A DNA stretch of 64,000 bases from an uncultured Nitrososphaerota archaeon (GCA_963824385.1 CAWGPD010000002.1:258420-322419), one strand, 5' to 3'; positions 1 through 12,824 are shown, numbered from the stretch's first letter. The notes: a model not told the origin generated them from the letters alone. Numbers and translations: made by a program.

Positions 1-2400
1 TCCGACCAGCTAACAACACAACTAACAACATCCACATCATTATCTGATTCAATTCCATTATCCGACCAGCTAACAACACAACTAACAACATCCACATCAT
101 TATCTGATTCAATCCCATTATCCGACCAACTAACAACACAGAGAACAGCCTCTGCTTCCCTATCTGACGCAATCCCACTATCCGACCAGCTAACAATAAC
201 CAAATCTCTTAGCACTTCTCTCACTGATTCAATTCCATTATCCGACCAGCTAACCATACAACAATCTCTTAGCACTTCTCAATCTGATTCAATTCCATTA
301 TCCGACCAGCTAACAACACAACTAACAACATCCACATCATTATCTGATTCAATCCCATTATCAGATCAACTAACAACACAGAGAACAGCCTCTGCTTCCC
401 TATCTGATTCAATTCCATTATCCGACCAGCTAACAACACAACTAACAACATCCACATCATTATCTGATTCAATTCCATTATCCGACCAGCTAACAACACA
501 ACTAACAACATCCACATCATTATCTGATTCAATCCCATTATCCGACCAACTAACAACACAGAGAACAGCCTCTGCTTCCCTATCTGACGCAATCCCACTA
601 TCCGACCAGCTAACAATAACCAAATCTCTTAGCACTTCTCTCACTGATTCAATTCCATTATCCGACCAGCTAACCATACAACAATCTCTTAGCACTTCTC
701 AATCTGATTCAATTCCATTATCCGACCAGCTAACAACACAACTAACAACATCCACATCATTATCTGATTCAATCCCATTATCAGATCAACTAACAACACA
801 GAGAACAGCCTCTGCTTCCCTATCTGATTCAATTCCATTATCCGACCAGCTAACAACACAACTAACAACATCCACATCATTATCTGATTCAATCCCATTA
901 TCAGATCAACTAACAACACAGAGAACAGCCTCTGCTTCCCTATCTGATTCAATTCCATTATCCGACCAGCTAACAACACAGAGAACAGCCTCTGCTTCCC
1001 TATCTGACGCAATCCCACTATCCGACCAGCTAACAATAACCAAATCTCTTAGCACTTCTCTCACTGATTCAATTCCATTATCCGACCAGCTAACCATACA
1101 ACAATCTCTTAGCACTTCTCAATCTGATTCAATTCCATTATCCGACCAGCTAACAACACAACTAACAACATCCACATCATTATCTGATTCAATCCCATTA
1201 TCAGATCAACTAACAACACAGAGAACAGCCTCTGCTTCCCTATCTGATTCAATTCCATTATCCGACCAGCTAACAATAATGAAATCAACATCAAAATCCC
1301 TATCAGATACAATCCCACTATCTGACAAGCTAACTATAATCAAATCCACTTCTGCTTCCCTATCTGACGCAATCCCACTATCTGACAAGCTAATCATCAA
1401 GAAATTAACATCCACATCATTATCCGATACAATCCCACTAGCAGACCAACTAACTGCAAAGAAATCCACCTCTATTCACATATCTGATATGATCCCACTA
1501 GCAGATCAACTAACAATAATGAAATCAACATCAAAATCCCTATCAGATACAATCCCACTATCTGACAAGCTAACCATCAAGAAATTAACATCCACATCAT
1601 TATCCGATATAATCCCACTAGCAGACCAACTAACTGCAAAGAAATCCACCTCTATTCACATATCTGATATGATCCCACTAGCAGATCAACTAACAATAAT
1701 GAAATCAACATCAAAATCCCTCTCAGATACAATCCCACTATCTGACAAGCTAACCATCAAGAAATTAACATCCACATCATTATCCGATATAATCCCACTA
1801 GCAGACCAACTAACTGCAAAGAAATCCACCTCTATTCACATATCTGATATGATCCCACTAGCAGATCAACTAACAATAATGAAATCAACATCAAAATCCC
1901 TATCAGATACAATCCCACTATCTGACAAGCTAACCATCAAGAAATTAACATCCACATCATTATCCGATATAATCCCACTAGCAGACCAGCTAACAATAAT
2001 GAAATCAGCCTCTGCTAAACTCTCCGATGCAATACCACTATCTGCTCAACTAACTATAATCAAATCCGCATCAAAATCCCTCTCAGATACAATCCCACTA
2101 TCTGACAAGCTAACCATCAAGAAATTAACATCCACATCATTATCCGATATAATCCCACTAGCAGACCAACTAACTGCAAAGAAATCCACCTCTATTCACA
2201 TATCTGATATGATCCCACTAGCAGACCAGCTAACAATACAGCAATCCCTTACCAGATCTCTATCTGATACAATCCCACTAGCTGACAAGCTAACAATAAC
2301 CAAATCCACCTCTGCCTCACTTGTAGACTCCATCGCACTATCAGACCAGCTATCAGCAACAACTCAAAAACAAACTACATTATCAGATTCATTTGCAATG
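1..2400 (+). repeat. 60-bp coding tandem repeat array (~40 units of 20 aa) with 420-bp and 180-bp higher-order periods
   Basis: Successive 60-nt rows align in register (tccgaccagctaacaa...aat(t/c)ccatta); the array degenerates after ~2280. Confidence 0.97.
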
Positions 2401-5279
2401 ACTGATGCAATCTCTTATAGATTATACAAGGTAGCTTACTTGACTGATGCAATTCCATTAGCATCACCAGCATTATCATTTGGTGGAGGATTGATAATTG
2501 AAGCAAGAGATCTGAACAATGTACCAATTCCAGGTGCAATATACACAATATATCCAAACCCAAGTGGTACATCCACTCCTCTTGTTATAGCTGATGGACA
2601 GTACGTCTCACCAAACGGAGATTATGATAGTTACTCAGGTACTAACAATAATGGAAATGTGATAGTAACAAAGGTACCATTTGGCTCATACCAGATAAAC
2701 ATGACAACAATACCCTCTGGATATGATGTTCTTGGCAACTCGACAGTATACACACTTCATGGAACCAACTTTAATGGAACTACAATATTCAGAATGGTTC
2801 CAGTTGGTACAGTATTATCTAACATGACACATACAACAATCACTAGTGCTCCTGACCTAAATGCCACAACATGGAATACATGGGTTTACTCATTTAATGC
2901 CAAAGTGATTAACGGCAGTACTACTACAAAGGTACAGTCAGTATCTACACTACCAGATATCCAATCAGCTGGAATAAACAATACATCTTCTATTAACAAG
3001 GCAATACAGAACCAAGCATCAGTTGTTCTATCAACATCTGATACATCGTCTATGACTGGTACTTCTATAATCAACTACCTAAAGGTGCCACTCTATTCAG
3101 TTCCACAATCAAACAAGGTAGTATCAGTATTGCCAAGTATAATTTCAACAGGAAGACTCCACTCATATCAGGTAATATCTACGCCACCACTTAATGCAAC
3201 AATTCCAGGACAGAAAATAATTATCCCAGTACAGCAGAGTGCCATTCCATCAACTGGTGGTGTAAAAGAGATTGATGCCCAGTCCAACTCATCGTCACCT
3301 CAAGGCAATGCAACAAATGATTGGTTTGTAATCAAATCAGTTAACACACTTCCATCTACATTACCAGTACTTCCAAAGAGTGACAAGGACATACTATATG
3401 TCAATGTGGACTATCAACATGAAGAAAATGGTATTGGATTTGACTGGAGTAAACCACGAAACTTTGAAAAACCACCACAGATTGACATTACAGTTACCAA
3501 AGAATGTACCTGGAGTAGTGTCAGATTCCAATGGATGTCCAGTATCTGATGTCTTCTTGTATGACCCATCCACAGGAAGCTGGACTACAAATGCAGTAAC
3601 AATTATCTCTTCAGCATACAATGGAACTACCAATGCATGTGATGTTATAGTCCAAGCCCCACACTACTCACAATTTGCATTAGGTGCTCCTGCAGTAGCA
3701 GCCCCAGCCCCAGCCCCAGCACCAATTAGTGTAGGATATAGTGCAGGTGGAGCAGGAGCAGGAGGGCCATCTCCATCACCAGTAGTAAGTTCAGGAGGGG
3801 GAGCGAGGAGGGCCTTACTTTAAGATCGAAAAGATATCTTATGATGTATGTGACAAGCAAATTGTAACAATACAGGTTGGAACAGGCAGCAACAAAACTG
3901 ATCCATCTGTAATTGTCAGAACATCTATCAGCGGAGTAGTAGACGCACAGCTTCTACCAGTTCAACCATATGCACAACAAAATGTTAACGCTACAGTTAG
4001 AGAACTAGTATACCAAGCTACTATCTCTCCAAATGAAAAAGAATTTGAAGTTGTTGCAATAGAGGAAGTTGATAACAATGTCTATTCAGTAGGAAAGACT
4101 GTTGAGGTTACTGGCTGTAGCGAGGAACTCAATCTGGTACAGATTCAAATCGCAGTACCTACTACTGTTATTGATCTTGCAGCACCAAGAATATTTGACT
4201 TTAAATTCCAAGTAGATAACGGAACAAAACAACTTGCAACAGAGCCAACAACGCAATTTGTAGATAATCAACCACTCACAGTATATGCTATAATAGATTC
4301 AAAGACACCAATTGCAACTGCTGATCTAAGATTTACTGATGTCACAAGTACTGATTCTAGTGTATATCACGCTACAACAATGGATGTTACTCCACTACTA
4401 ATATCCAACAGCACGTATATCGTATCAGCAACAATTCCATCAGACTTGTTAGATGCACCTGGAATGAAATATTGGATACATGTTGAAAATAATGCCCACA
4501 AGGTAGCAGATTCCGATACTGCTACAATAGGAGTAAAACCAGATTATCCAATTGACGGCAAACTAGAGTTGGATGTCTCACAAAATAGAGCAGCAGGAAC
4601 AACAGCAAGACCTGCAGCCTACTTTACCAACAACGGACAGCCAGTGTATGGTACAATCTCACTTGTAGTAGATGGTAATACTGTTTACACTTCTCCAGGA
4701 CAAGTATTTGCCAAAGGACAGACTGCAGTAGGACTAGAATGGCAGACTCAACCAACAGATAGTCTTGTCAATCACAAGATTGAGGCAGTAGCCAACATAT
4801 ACGACAAGTCATTTACTGTTCAAGCCAACATCATTACCTTCTCATCAATAAAGACCCAATCCATAGCACAACCAATTACTATATCTTCAATCAATGACAA
4901 CAGCGGTAATGCAATTGCTACTCCACAGATTCTCTATTCTTCGTTTAACAATGATGGTAACATGAGATTCAAGGTATCTGCACCTGATGGAACATGTGTG
5001 ATAGGCCCATCTGATGACTGTCTTGTTAAGGACTCGACATTTGATTTGCCAGGACAAATAAAGAGTGTAGTTATAGGCGACCAAGTTTTCAGAGTCAGAT
5101 ATTCTGGAACAAATGATCCGCTAGAAAGATTCTCTATCACATCAGTAGATCCTATAGTCGGAACATGGAATGTTGAGATTGATTCTCAGGTAGACCTTAC
5201 ACCACAGACACAGGTAATGGAAACTGTCCCACTCAAGATAACCTTTAGACCAGTGGAAATACCATTTGAATCTGATTAG
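1..5279 (+). CDS. Giant repeat-containing cell-surface protein (5'-truncated by the window; two apparent frameshifts near 3480 and 3805)
   Basis: Frame +1 is open from base 1 (SDQLTTQLTTSTSLSDSIPL...) into ORF 1279..3549. The sequence continues in ORF 3380..3823 (LTLQLPKNVPG...), then in a stop-free frame from ~3812 (PYFKIEKISYDVCDK...) that runs directly into ORF 4380..5279. S/T/N-rich, many N-x-S/T sequons, CnaB/prealbumin-like segment. Confidence 0.75.
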
Positions 5280-5309
5280 TAAATTTATTTTTATTATCTA
5301 ATTTCCAAC

Positions 5310-6767
5310 TCAGGGAAATGCAGTGGCTTGTGCAAGATGCGAATCTAATTCTGAAATCTTGATCCTTTCTTGACTCATTGAATCACGATTTCGTATTGTA
5401 ACTGTATTATCTTCCAATGTCTGATGATCAATTGTTACTGCGAAGGGGGCACCTATCTCATCAAGTCTTCTATATCTTCTTCCTATTGCACCAGAATGAT
5501 CTAAAAATGCATCATACTTCTTTTTTAACATAAAATACACCTCATCTGTCTTTTCTGCCAAGCCATCTTTTTTTACAAGCGATAATACACCAACATGAAT
5601 TGGTGCAAGATAAGGCTCCAAAGAAAGAACAACTCTCTCATTTTCTTTATCTTCACGTAGTCTATGTTCTATCATAGTATAGAGACTTCGGTCTATACCC
5701 ATTGATATCTCAAAGACATGTGGAAGAACCTTGATCTCATCATCAATTACCTCAAATTTTTCCTTGCTTGTATTGGCATGGCTCTTTAAATCATAATCTG
5801 ATCTATAGTTACATGCAACAAGTTCCAACCAACCTGTATTGGTTTCTACTTCAAAATCAAAAGCAACTGTTGCATAGAATGCTTTTTCTTTTTCTCCTAG
5901 TTTTCTAAATCTACTTCTATTAACATCAATCCCAGTTTTTTGATAAAACTCCACTAGTAATCCAAGATAATATGCAACAAGCTTGTTTGGTATTACCCCA
6001 GAATCTACAGCTTCCTTACAAGTCATGCTTTTTATCGTATCATCTACCATTATTCTGATTATAGTATTTTCTACCTCTGAGAATTTTGATATATCGTCAA
6101 GCTTCTCTGGATTACAAAAGACCTCAATCTCTGCTTGGTAAAACTCTCTTAATCTAAGAAGACTCTGTCTTGGTGAGATCTCATTTCTAAAACTCTTTCC
6201 AATTTGGGCAACTCCTATTGGAAGCTTTCCTCTCATGGTCTTGAAAAGTCTTGGAAAATCAACAAAGATTGACTGACATGTTTCAGGTCTTAGGTATGCA
6301 GGTTCTCCCTGTGCTCCTATTCCAACCTTGAACATCATGTTGAATTTTTTAATATTTTCAAGACTTCCCTTACATTTGGGACATGTAATCTTCTTCTCTT
6401 CTATTATTCTATCAAATTCTGTCAAGTCTGCATTTTCAGGAATTATTATTTTGGTAATCTCTTCTATCATTTTGTCTGCTCTAAAGATTGATTTGCATTT
6501 AGTACATGTTGCAATAGGATCTGCAAAGCTTGCAAGGTGACCAGAGGCTACAAAAACATTCTGTGACATAATCTGAGAACCATCAATCTCCCACATTCTA
6601 TCTCTTCTTACTAATTCCCTTCTCCATAGTTCTATGAATTTGTTCTTTAGGCTAACTCCAGACGGGCCGTATTCCCAAAAACCTGCATGGGCATCTGAAT
6701 AGATCTCACAACTAGGAAAATAGAATCCGCGTTCCAGCGCAAGTTGCATTATTTGTTCATAATTCAT
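5310..6767 (-). CDS. glyS: Glycine--tRNA ligase (archaeal/eukaryotic alpha2 type)
   Basis: LRPETCQSIF, QIGKSFRNEISPRQSLLRLREFYQAEIE, GWLELV, SGAIGRRYRRLDEIG motifs. Confidence 0.95.
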   Translation of the reverse strand: MNYEQIMQLALERGFYFPSCEIYSDAHAGFWEYGPSGVSLKNKFIELWRRELVRRDRMWEIDGSQIMSQNVFVASGHLASFADPIATCTKCKSIFRADKMIEEITKIIIPENADLTEFDRIIEEKKITCPKCKGSLENIKKFNMMFKVGIGAQGEPAYLRPETCQSIFVDFPRLFKTMRGKLPIGVAQIGKSFRNEISPRQSLLRLREFYQAEIEVFCNPEKLDDISKFSEVENTIIRIMVDDTIKSMTCKEAVDSGVIPNKLVAYYLGLLVEFYQKTGIDVNRSRFRKLGEKEKAFYATVAFDFEVETNTGWLELVACNYRSDYDLKSHANTSKEKFEVIDDEIKVLPHVFEISMGIDRSLYTMIEHRLREDKENERVVLSLEPYLAPIHVGVLSLVKKDGLAEKTDEVYFMLKKKYDAFLDHSGAIGRRYRRLDEIGAPFAVTIDHQTLEDNTVTIRNRDSMSQERIKISELDSHLAQATAFP

Positions 6768-6788
6768 AAAAATCCAAACTCTTCCAAA

Positions 6789-7633
6789 TTAAGCCAATTC
6801 TTTTGCCTTATTCAAGTTTCCAATGTCATCTCTTCTTTCATCAATAGGAGTCTCTAAGATTATTGGAATTTTTTTACGGCTAATTGATTTTACAATATAG
6901 CCTAGTCCTTTCTCGCCTATGTGTCCCAATCCAATATGCTCATGTCTGTCCAGATTACATCCTAGTTCTCCCTTTGAATCGTTCAAGTGTAAAATTTTAA
7001 GATGCTCAAAGCCTATTGCTTTATCTAATTTTTCAAGTGTTGATTTTGCCTCCTTTTCAGTCCTCATGTCATATCCTGCAGCAAAAGCATGGCAAGTATC
7101 AAAACATATACCAAATCTTTTTGCAGGTTTTAGCTGAAATAATATAGATAGCAAGCTGATTAAAGATCTGATCCTACACTATTTTTTTGACCTGCAGTAT
7201 TCTCAAGAAGAATCATAACATCGTCTGAAGTTTCTGCGGCAGCCTTTGTAAAGGCCTTTACTAGCATCTCAATTCCTTTTGCATCTCCTTCACCCTTGTG
7301 ACTTCCCAGATGTGCAACGATATATGGAATTCCTAGTTTGCTACATCTTTTTATCTCGTCTATGAGAGAACCAACAGATCTTGCAAAGGGGTCTTCCTCG
7401 GGTGAAGATAAATTTGGCAAGTATGGCATGTGGGCAACAGTAGAAAATCGATCAATTTTACTTGCAGCAAGTTTTTCTTTGAAACTTGCAACATCTTTAC
7501 TTGCTAGAGGCTTTGCAGCCCATCCACGGGGATTACGAGTAAAGATTTGAAATGCTGTACATCCAGTTGCAACTGCGTTATCCACTGCTCTATCGATTGA
7601 GCCTGCGATGGATACATGTAATCCAACTAGCAT
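6789..7633 (-). CDS. nfo: Endonuclease IV (AP endonuclease), split by an apparent frameshift near 7157
   Basis: GLHVSIAG, HMPYLPNL, LLENTAGQ in 7160..7633; CFDTCHAFAAGYD, HLNDSK, DRHEHIG, ILETP in 6789..7154. Confidence 0.92.
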
Positions 7634-7759
7634 GTGACTAATTTATTTGAGGATAATTTAAACTCGTATGGAATAATTTGGAAAATTCCTAGTCATGACA
7701 AAACACTAGTCAATTGGCAAGATAATCAAATTTTTAAACATAGTAAGAACAAAGAAAAT

Positions 7760-8771
7760 GTGCTAAAAATTGGAATAAAGGATCTGGCAAAATATCCTTT
7801 TTTGACAGAAGCTGGTGAATATTTAGCAAATACTGGATTGAGTCTTGAACAACTCAGTCATCCTGACTGGAAGCCTATTGTAGAAAAAGCATATGGTAGA
7901 ATTGTAGTTGCATCATCTGGTCAAATTTATGGCTCAAGATTTAGAGTCACAAGATAATGATTCTGAATTATTCTCTTTTATTGTAGCTATAATCTTACTC
8001 AAGTCAGCAGGATATTGCTACACTAATCAGAAGATTTTCTCTGGCAGAAGCTAGAAGATCTGAGAGATTTTTACAACAAGATCTTTGGGTAAGCCGAGAT
8101 AAAAAAAATCTGGAACTTCCATTAAAAATAATTCAGGATCTATTTGCAGTTAAGGTACTATTGATAATGATGAATTTGTGATCAAAGTGCCAGATTATCT
8201 ACAACGGGCTGTACATTTTCATGAAAAGGAATGGAAGTTGGTAAATCGTAGAGTAGCAAATGGATTTGTCTACTTGAGTGCTCATGAAACAGTCAGATTG
8301 ATACGTGCTGAACTTGGAGAATATATCAATGGAAAAATTCAATCAGTTAGCATACAATCTATTCCACAAGGCTTCAAGCAAAGAGTTGAAGACTTGGTTA
8401 TACTTGCCAAAAAGTTTTCAGACACAACTTTTGTCTCTTCAGAATATCCACCATGTGTTAAACATGGAATTGAAGTTCTTGAAAAGGGAGAAAACTTGCC
8501 ACACTCTGGGAGATTCTTGCTTGCTACTTATCTTCTCTCCAAGGGCCAGACAGTTGAACAAATTGCTCCTCTATTCAAAAATGCTCCAGATTACAACGAA
8601 CGAACTACAAAATATCAACTAGAACATATATCTGGCTCATCTGGAAGCGGAACCAAATACCAATGTCCTTCATGCGAAAAGTTACGAAGTGAAAGTCTAT
8701 GTTTTGCTACATCTGACTGTGATGGAATTATCAACCCAATACAATTTGGCAAAAAGAGGAAAAATAAATGA
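7760..8771 (+). CDS. priL: DNA primase large subunit (apparent frameshifts between ~7945 and ~8165)
   Basis: N-terminal DLAKYPFL; C-terminal Fe-S domain YPPC..., LPHSGRFLLATYL, YQCPSCEKL, LC...C; directly upstream of priS. Confidence 0.88.
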
Positions 8772-9892
8772 ATGAGAAAAATATCTCGTTAATAGAATCT
8801 GCATTCAAGGAATATTATTTCAATAGGTTTGATCTCATACATGTTCCAAAAAGAGCTACAGAAAGAGAGTTTGGATATCAAAAATTTAACTCTGGAATGA
8901 TCAGACACCTTGATATCAAAAATGACAAGGAACTCCATCTCTTATTAATGAAGGAAATCCCCTCTGATGTATATTGTTCAAATGCATACTATACATTTCC
9001 AAATCTTCCCATGTCTGAAAAAGACTGGAAAGGAGCTGACTTGATATTTGATATAGATGCAAAAGACCTGGCTTTACCATGCAGAAAGGATCATACCATA
9101 TTCAAGTGCGGTTCATGCAATAGTTCTGTAATTGAATACCAATCAACATGCTCCAAATGTGGCTCCACAAAGTTTGAGACTGCATCTGTAATTTGTAAAA
9201 ATTGCATTTCAGAATCTAAAAAAGAGGTGTCAAAACTTGTTGATATTCTGACATCTGACTTGAATGTCAAAAAAGAAGAGATTGAGGTCTATTTTTCCGG
9301 AAATGAGGGATTTCATATACGAGTGACAAATAGTGATTATGAACCATTGGGTTCGCAAGAAAGGGCTGACCTTGTAGACTATATTATGTTCAATGGAGCA
9401 ATCCCAGAATCCTTTGGAATACGAAGACAAGATAATTCCAAGTCTTCTCTTCCCACACTTGAGGAAAAAGGATGGCGAGGGAGAATTGCTCATAAATTAT
9501 TTACATCAAAATCAAAGACTCCTAAAATATCCAAGGAGATAATTTCCAGTGGTTATACTGCATTTCAAGTACAATTAGAAGAAATCAAAAAAACAATGGG
9601 GGTAAGGGTAGATCCTAAAGTAACTATGGATATTCATAGAATATTCAGACTTGAAGGTTCGATAAACAGTAAAAGTGGTCTTTCAAAGATTCAGTGTGTT
9701 GATTTGGATTCTTTTGATCCATTTTCAGAGGCATGCTTACTAGGTGATGACAATGTACAAATTCTAGCAGATTGCCCATTACAAATTAAACTTAGAAATA
9801 AGAAATTTGGACCGTACAAAAATGAGGTAGTTTCTTTACCAAAATATGTTGCAGTTTACTTGTTGTGTAAAGGCTTGGGAAATGCAATCTAG
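8768..9892 (+). CDS. priS: DNA primase small (catalytic) subunit with Cys-rich zinc insertion
   Basis: REFGY, DLIFDIDAKD, FSGNEGFH, DPKVTMDIHRIFR motifs. Confidence 0.93.
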   Translation: MNEKNISLIESAFKEYYFNRFDLIHVPKRATEREFGYQKFNSGMIRHLDIKNDKELHLLLMKEIPSDVYCSNAYYTFPNLPMSEKDWKGADLIFDIDAKDLALPCRKDHTIFKCGSCNSSVIEYQSTCSKCGSTKFETASVICKNCISESKKEVSKLVDILTSDLNVKKEEIEVYFSGNEGFHIRVTNSDYEPLGSQERADLVDYIMFNGAIPESFGIRRQDNSKSSLPTLEEKGWRGRIAHKLFTSKSKTPKISKEIISSGYTAFQVQLEEIKKTMGVRVDPKVTMDIHRIFRLEGSINSKSGLSKIQCVDLDSFDPFSEACLLGDDNVQILADCPLQIKLRNKKFGPYKNEVVSLPKYVAVYLLCKGLGNAI

Positions 9893-9979
9893 AGAACCTC
9901 TCTATTTGACTTATTAATGGTGTTTTAGAAAAGAAATTGGGTAAGAAATTAATTTGACACAAAGGAAGGTAGACTAATT

Positions 9980-12823
9980 TTGTATAATTCATCTACTCAA
10001 TCCAGTCCACCTCCGCGAGATGCTGGAAAATATGTTAGAATAGGAATTGTAGCTCTGATTGCCATTGTAATTTTTGTCTTGACAAGTAATCAGGCAGTAG
10101 TAATGTACATGAATTCACAAGAGTTTGGTACTCTATTTACAAAACCACTCTATTTCTCATTGCTTTCTGCAGTTGTATTGGCTTCTATTGCGTTGATACG
10201 AGTTAACATCAAAAACCGATCCTCAATTTCATGGTATGGTCTCAATCTTGCTCTGACATTTTTTAAGCAAGGAGGAAACTACTCTGTAGCACAAAACATT
10301 CCTAACTTTAAGGAATACAAACTTAGTATTCCAAACTTTATAATTTGGCAGATAACAAAGGTCGTACTTTTCGGGGCTTTCTTTACAAATCTCATGTTTG
10401 GATTTACTCTGGCATATTTAATGGATGGCCACCACGATCTAGGCATCAAAAGTGTTTTGAATATATTCTCACTTCCATTTGTTACACCTCCTACTGATCC
10501 CTCATATGCTCTGACACACGTTGTACCAATGATTCCTGCACTAACAATTCTTGTTCCTCCAATTCTTGGAGTAATTGGTATTAGACTTGTTCTCTATGTA
10601 GGATTACAAAATATTGTAGGACTAGTCACCAAATATATCCAAGATGCAGCAAAAAGCAAACCAAAGTTTCTAGACTATATTGCCACAATTGAAGCAATGA
10701 TTGGAATCGGAGTCATATGGGCTGGAATAAACATGTTCTTTACAGATCAAATAGATTACAACACAAAATATGCAATTGGAGGTACACTGGTAGCAGGATT
10801 TACTTTAATTGGATTTTACTTTATTGACAAATTCAAATCCAAAGTAATCATACTTCCTTCAAAACGAGATGTCTACATTCGTGTACTGGCTCTAGTGATA
10901 ATTGCCCTAGTTGCAGGTTCAATAATGATGGTTAACAATAGTATTGCTGATGCAAAAAAAATAGAATATCTAGGACCTTACAAGGCAGAGCAAATTGGTG
11001 TAAATCGTTACTTGGGACAATTGGATCAGATAACTGTAATACCACAAGAAACAAAGCTTAGCTCTGTCTCGGCAAATGATATTCCTAGTTACGTCTCACA
11101 GAATAGCGAGCTTTTGGATAAAATTAGAGTATGGGACTGGGATGCAGCATTTGCAAAACTAAAGCCTGAGATTGGTCTTATTCCATATGTTGATTTTGAA
11201 AATAATGATATTCTAAGATTCAATGATACATTGTATTGGACAGCCTCAATGAAGCCCATACTACCATCCTCAGTTACCGTAGAAAATACATGGTACAATC
11301 AGCATCTTGTATACACACACGTTGACAATGGTTTTCTTACACTTGATGCCAATAATGGAACAATTGTTGATAGTAATGACTTTTTCAAGCAGAGAATGAT
11401 GTATTATGGAGAAGGTGGACTGTTCTCAGATACTTGGGCTGCCTATCCACAAGATAGGACAACATCTGCCGAATTAAATAACGCATCATATAGCGGAAGT
11501 GGAGGAATTACTGTTTATCCTCCTATAAGCCAAATATTTGAGCCAAACTTCTTCTTATCATATCCAACAGAGCCAATACACATTATCAGATATAGAGACG
11601 TACATGACAGGATGCAACTGTTATACCCGTATTTCCAGTACGATCTGTTTGGAAAACAATTAGACATTCTTCCAGTGACTGATGGAAAAAACACATACTG
11701 GCTTGTACCATTAATTGTAGGTCTTGATACACAAAATGTTCCATGGTCAGTCAGTAATCCATATTTGAGATTGGTAGGATATGCATTGGTTGATGTTTAC
11801 AATGGCAAAATAACGCTGATAAAAACTGGTGATGACTTTTTCACAAATATGTTTACAAGTCAATATGGAGATCAATTCATAGACATGCCTCAATGGCTTT
11901 CTAAACAACTCAGATATCCAGAAGCACTCTTCAACTGGAAAATTGACATGTTCAACATTTATCATGTAACGGATACTTCAACATTCATTCAGGCAAAAGA
12001 TTTCTATGAAGTCCCTGATGGGCTTGGAACTTATTATGTGGAGGAAAAACCACCAGGATTTGATAAACCGACTTATGTTGGTCTACTCTCACTTGAGTTA
12101 CAAGGATCCCAAGGACGAAACTTGGCAGGTTACATGATTGTACAAAATGACATTCCAAATCTTGGTAAAATGCAGTTCTATCAAGTTCCACTGGATTCAA
12201 AGACAAAACTCTTGGGACCATCTGCAGTTCGTGAAGCATTATCAAGAGATTCAGACTTTGCACAATTGCAAACCTTACTTCGAACTCCTAGAATAGGTGA
12301 TAATATTCTCTATAGGATAGGAAACCAAGATGTTTACTTTATTCCTGTTTATACGGCAGGTTCTGGTGGTGTGGTAACACAACTCGGAACAATTGCAGCA
12401 GTGGGTGCTGCATTTGATGGTGAGTATTATGTTGGTTTAGGAAGTACGCCTCAACAAGCATTTGCTGCCTATCTTGCCAAGTCTGCAGGTATTGCACCAT
12501 CTAATGTTACCATTGCATTACAGCTTGACGAGTCTACTAGGATATCTACAATAAAATCAATACTTGAGGATCAAAAGATTAGTGTTCTAACTCCCCAGAC
12601 GATTCAATTTCCACTTACTTTTGAGGAAGGTAGTGTATCATTTACACAACAATCAGATCTAGATAATACCAAAGGTCTTATCTCTACATTTGTGAAAAAC
12701 TTTGTTCATCCAGAAAGCAACAGAGTATTGTTCTGGCAAGAGAATGGCACTGTCAATCTAGGTGCTATAGTAGTAGAAGATAACGTACCGGAACTGCATT
12801 ACATATCTATAGGTGTAAGATAA
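9980..12823 (+). CDS. UPF0182-family membrane protein
   Basis: Multiple N-terminal TM helices; IRVWD, HLVYTH, YYGE, QLRYPEALF motifs of the family. Confidence 0.75.
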   Translation: MYNSSTQSSPPPRDAGKYVRIGIVALIAIVIFVLTSNQAVVMYMNSQEFGTLFTKPLYFSLLSAVVLASIALIRVNIKNRSSISWYGLNLALTFFKQGGNYSVAQNIPNFKEYKLSIPNFIIWQITKVVLFGAFFTNLMFGFTLAYLMDGHHDLGIKSVLNIFSLPFVTPPTDPSYALTHVVPMIPALTILVPPILGVIGIRLVLYVGLQNIVGLVTKYIQDAAKSKPKFLDYIATIEAMIGIGVIWAGINMFFTDQIDYNTKYAIGGTLVAGFTLIGFYFIDKFKSKVIILPSKRDVYIRVLALVIIALVAGSIMMVNNSIADAKKIEYLGPYKAEQIGVNRYLGQLDQITVIPQETKLSSVSANDIPSYVSQNSELLDKIRVWDWDAAFAKLKPEIGLIPYVDFENNDILRFNDTLYWTASMKPILPSSVTVENTWYNQHLVYTHVDNGFLTLDANNGTIVDSNDFFKQRMMYYGEGGLFSDTWAAYPQDRTTSAELNNASYSGSGGITVYPPISQIFEPNFFLSYPTEPIHIIRYRDVHDRMQLLYPYFQYDLFGKQLDILPVTDGKNTYWLVPLIVGLDTQNVPWSVSNPYLRLVGYALVDVYNGKITLIKTGDDFFTNMFTSQYGDQFIDMPQWLSKQLRYPEALFNWKIDMFNIYHVTDTSTFIQAKDFYEVPDGLGTYYVEEKPPGFDKPTYVGLLSLELQGSQGRNLAGYMIVQNDIPNLGKMQFYQVPLDSKTKLLGPSAVREALSRDSDFAQLQTLLRTPRIGDNILYRIGNQDVYFIPVYTAGSGGVVTQLGTIAAVGAAFDGEYYVGLGSTPQQAFAAYLAKSAGIAPSNVTIALQLDESTRISTIKSILEDQKISVLTPQTIQFPLTFEEGSVSFTQQSDLDNTKGLISTFVKNFVHPESNRVLFWQENGTVNLGAIVVEDNVPELHYISIGVR

Positions 12824-12824
12824 C

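Noticed and set aside
269..1469. Minus-strand repetitive ORFs (MLAGRIVG..., MLRDCC...)
   Set aside because: Antisense shadows of the coding repeat; the plus frame is continuously open.
1..2400. Array as a CRISPR locus
   Set aside because: Units are contiguous 60-mers with recurring variable parts rather than unique spacers, they keep an open frame, and no cas genes are present.
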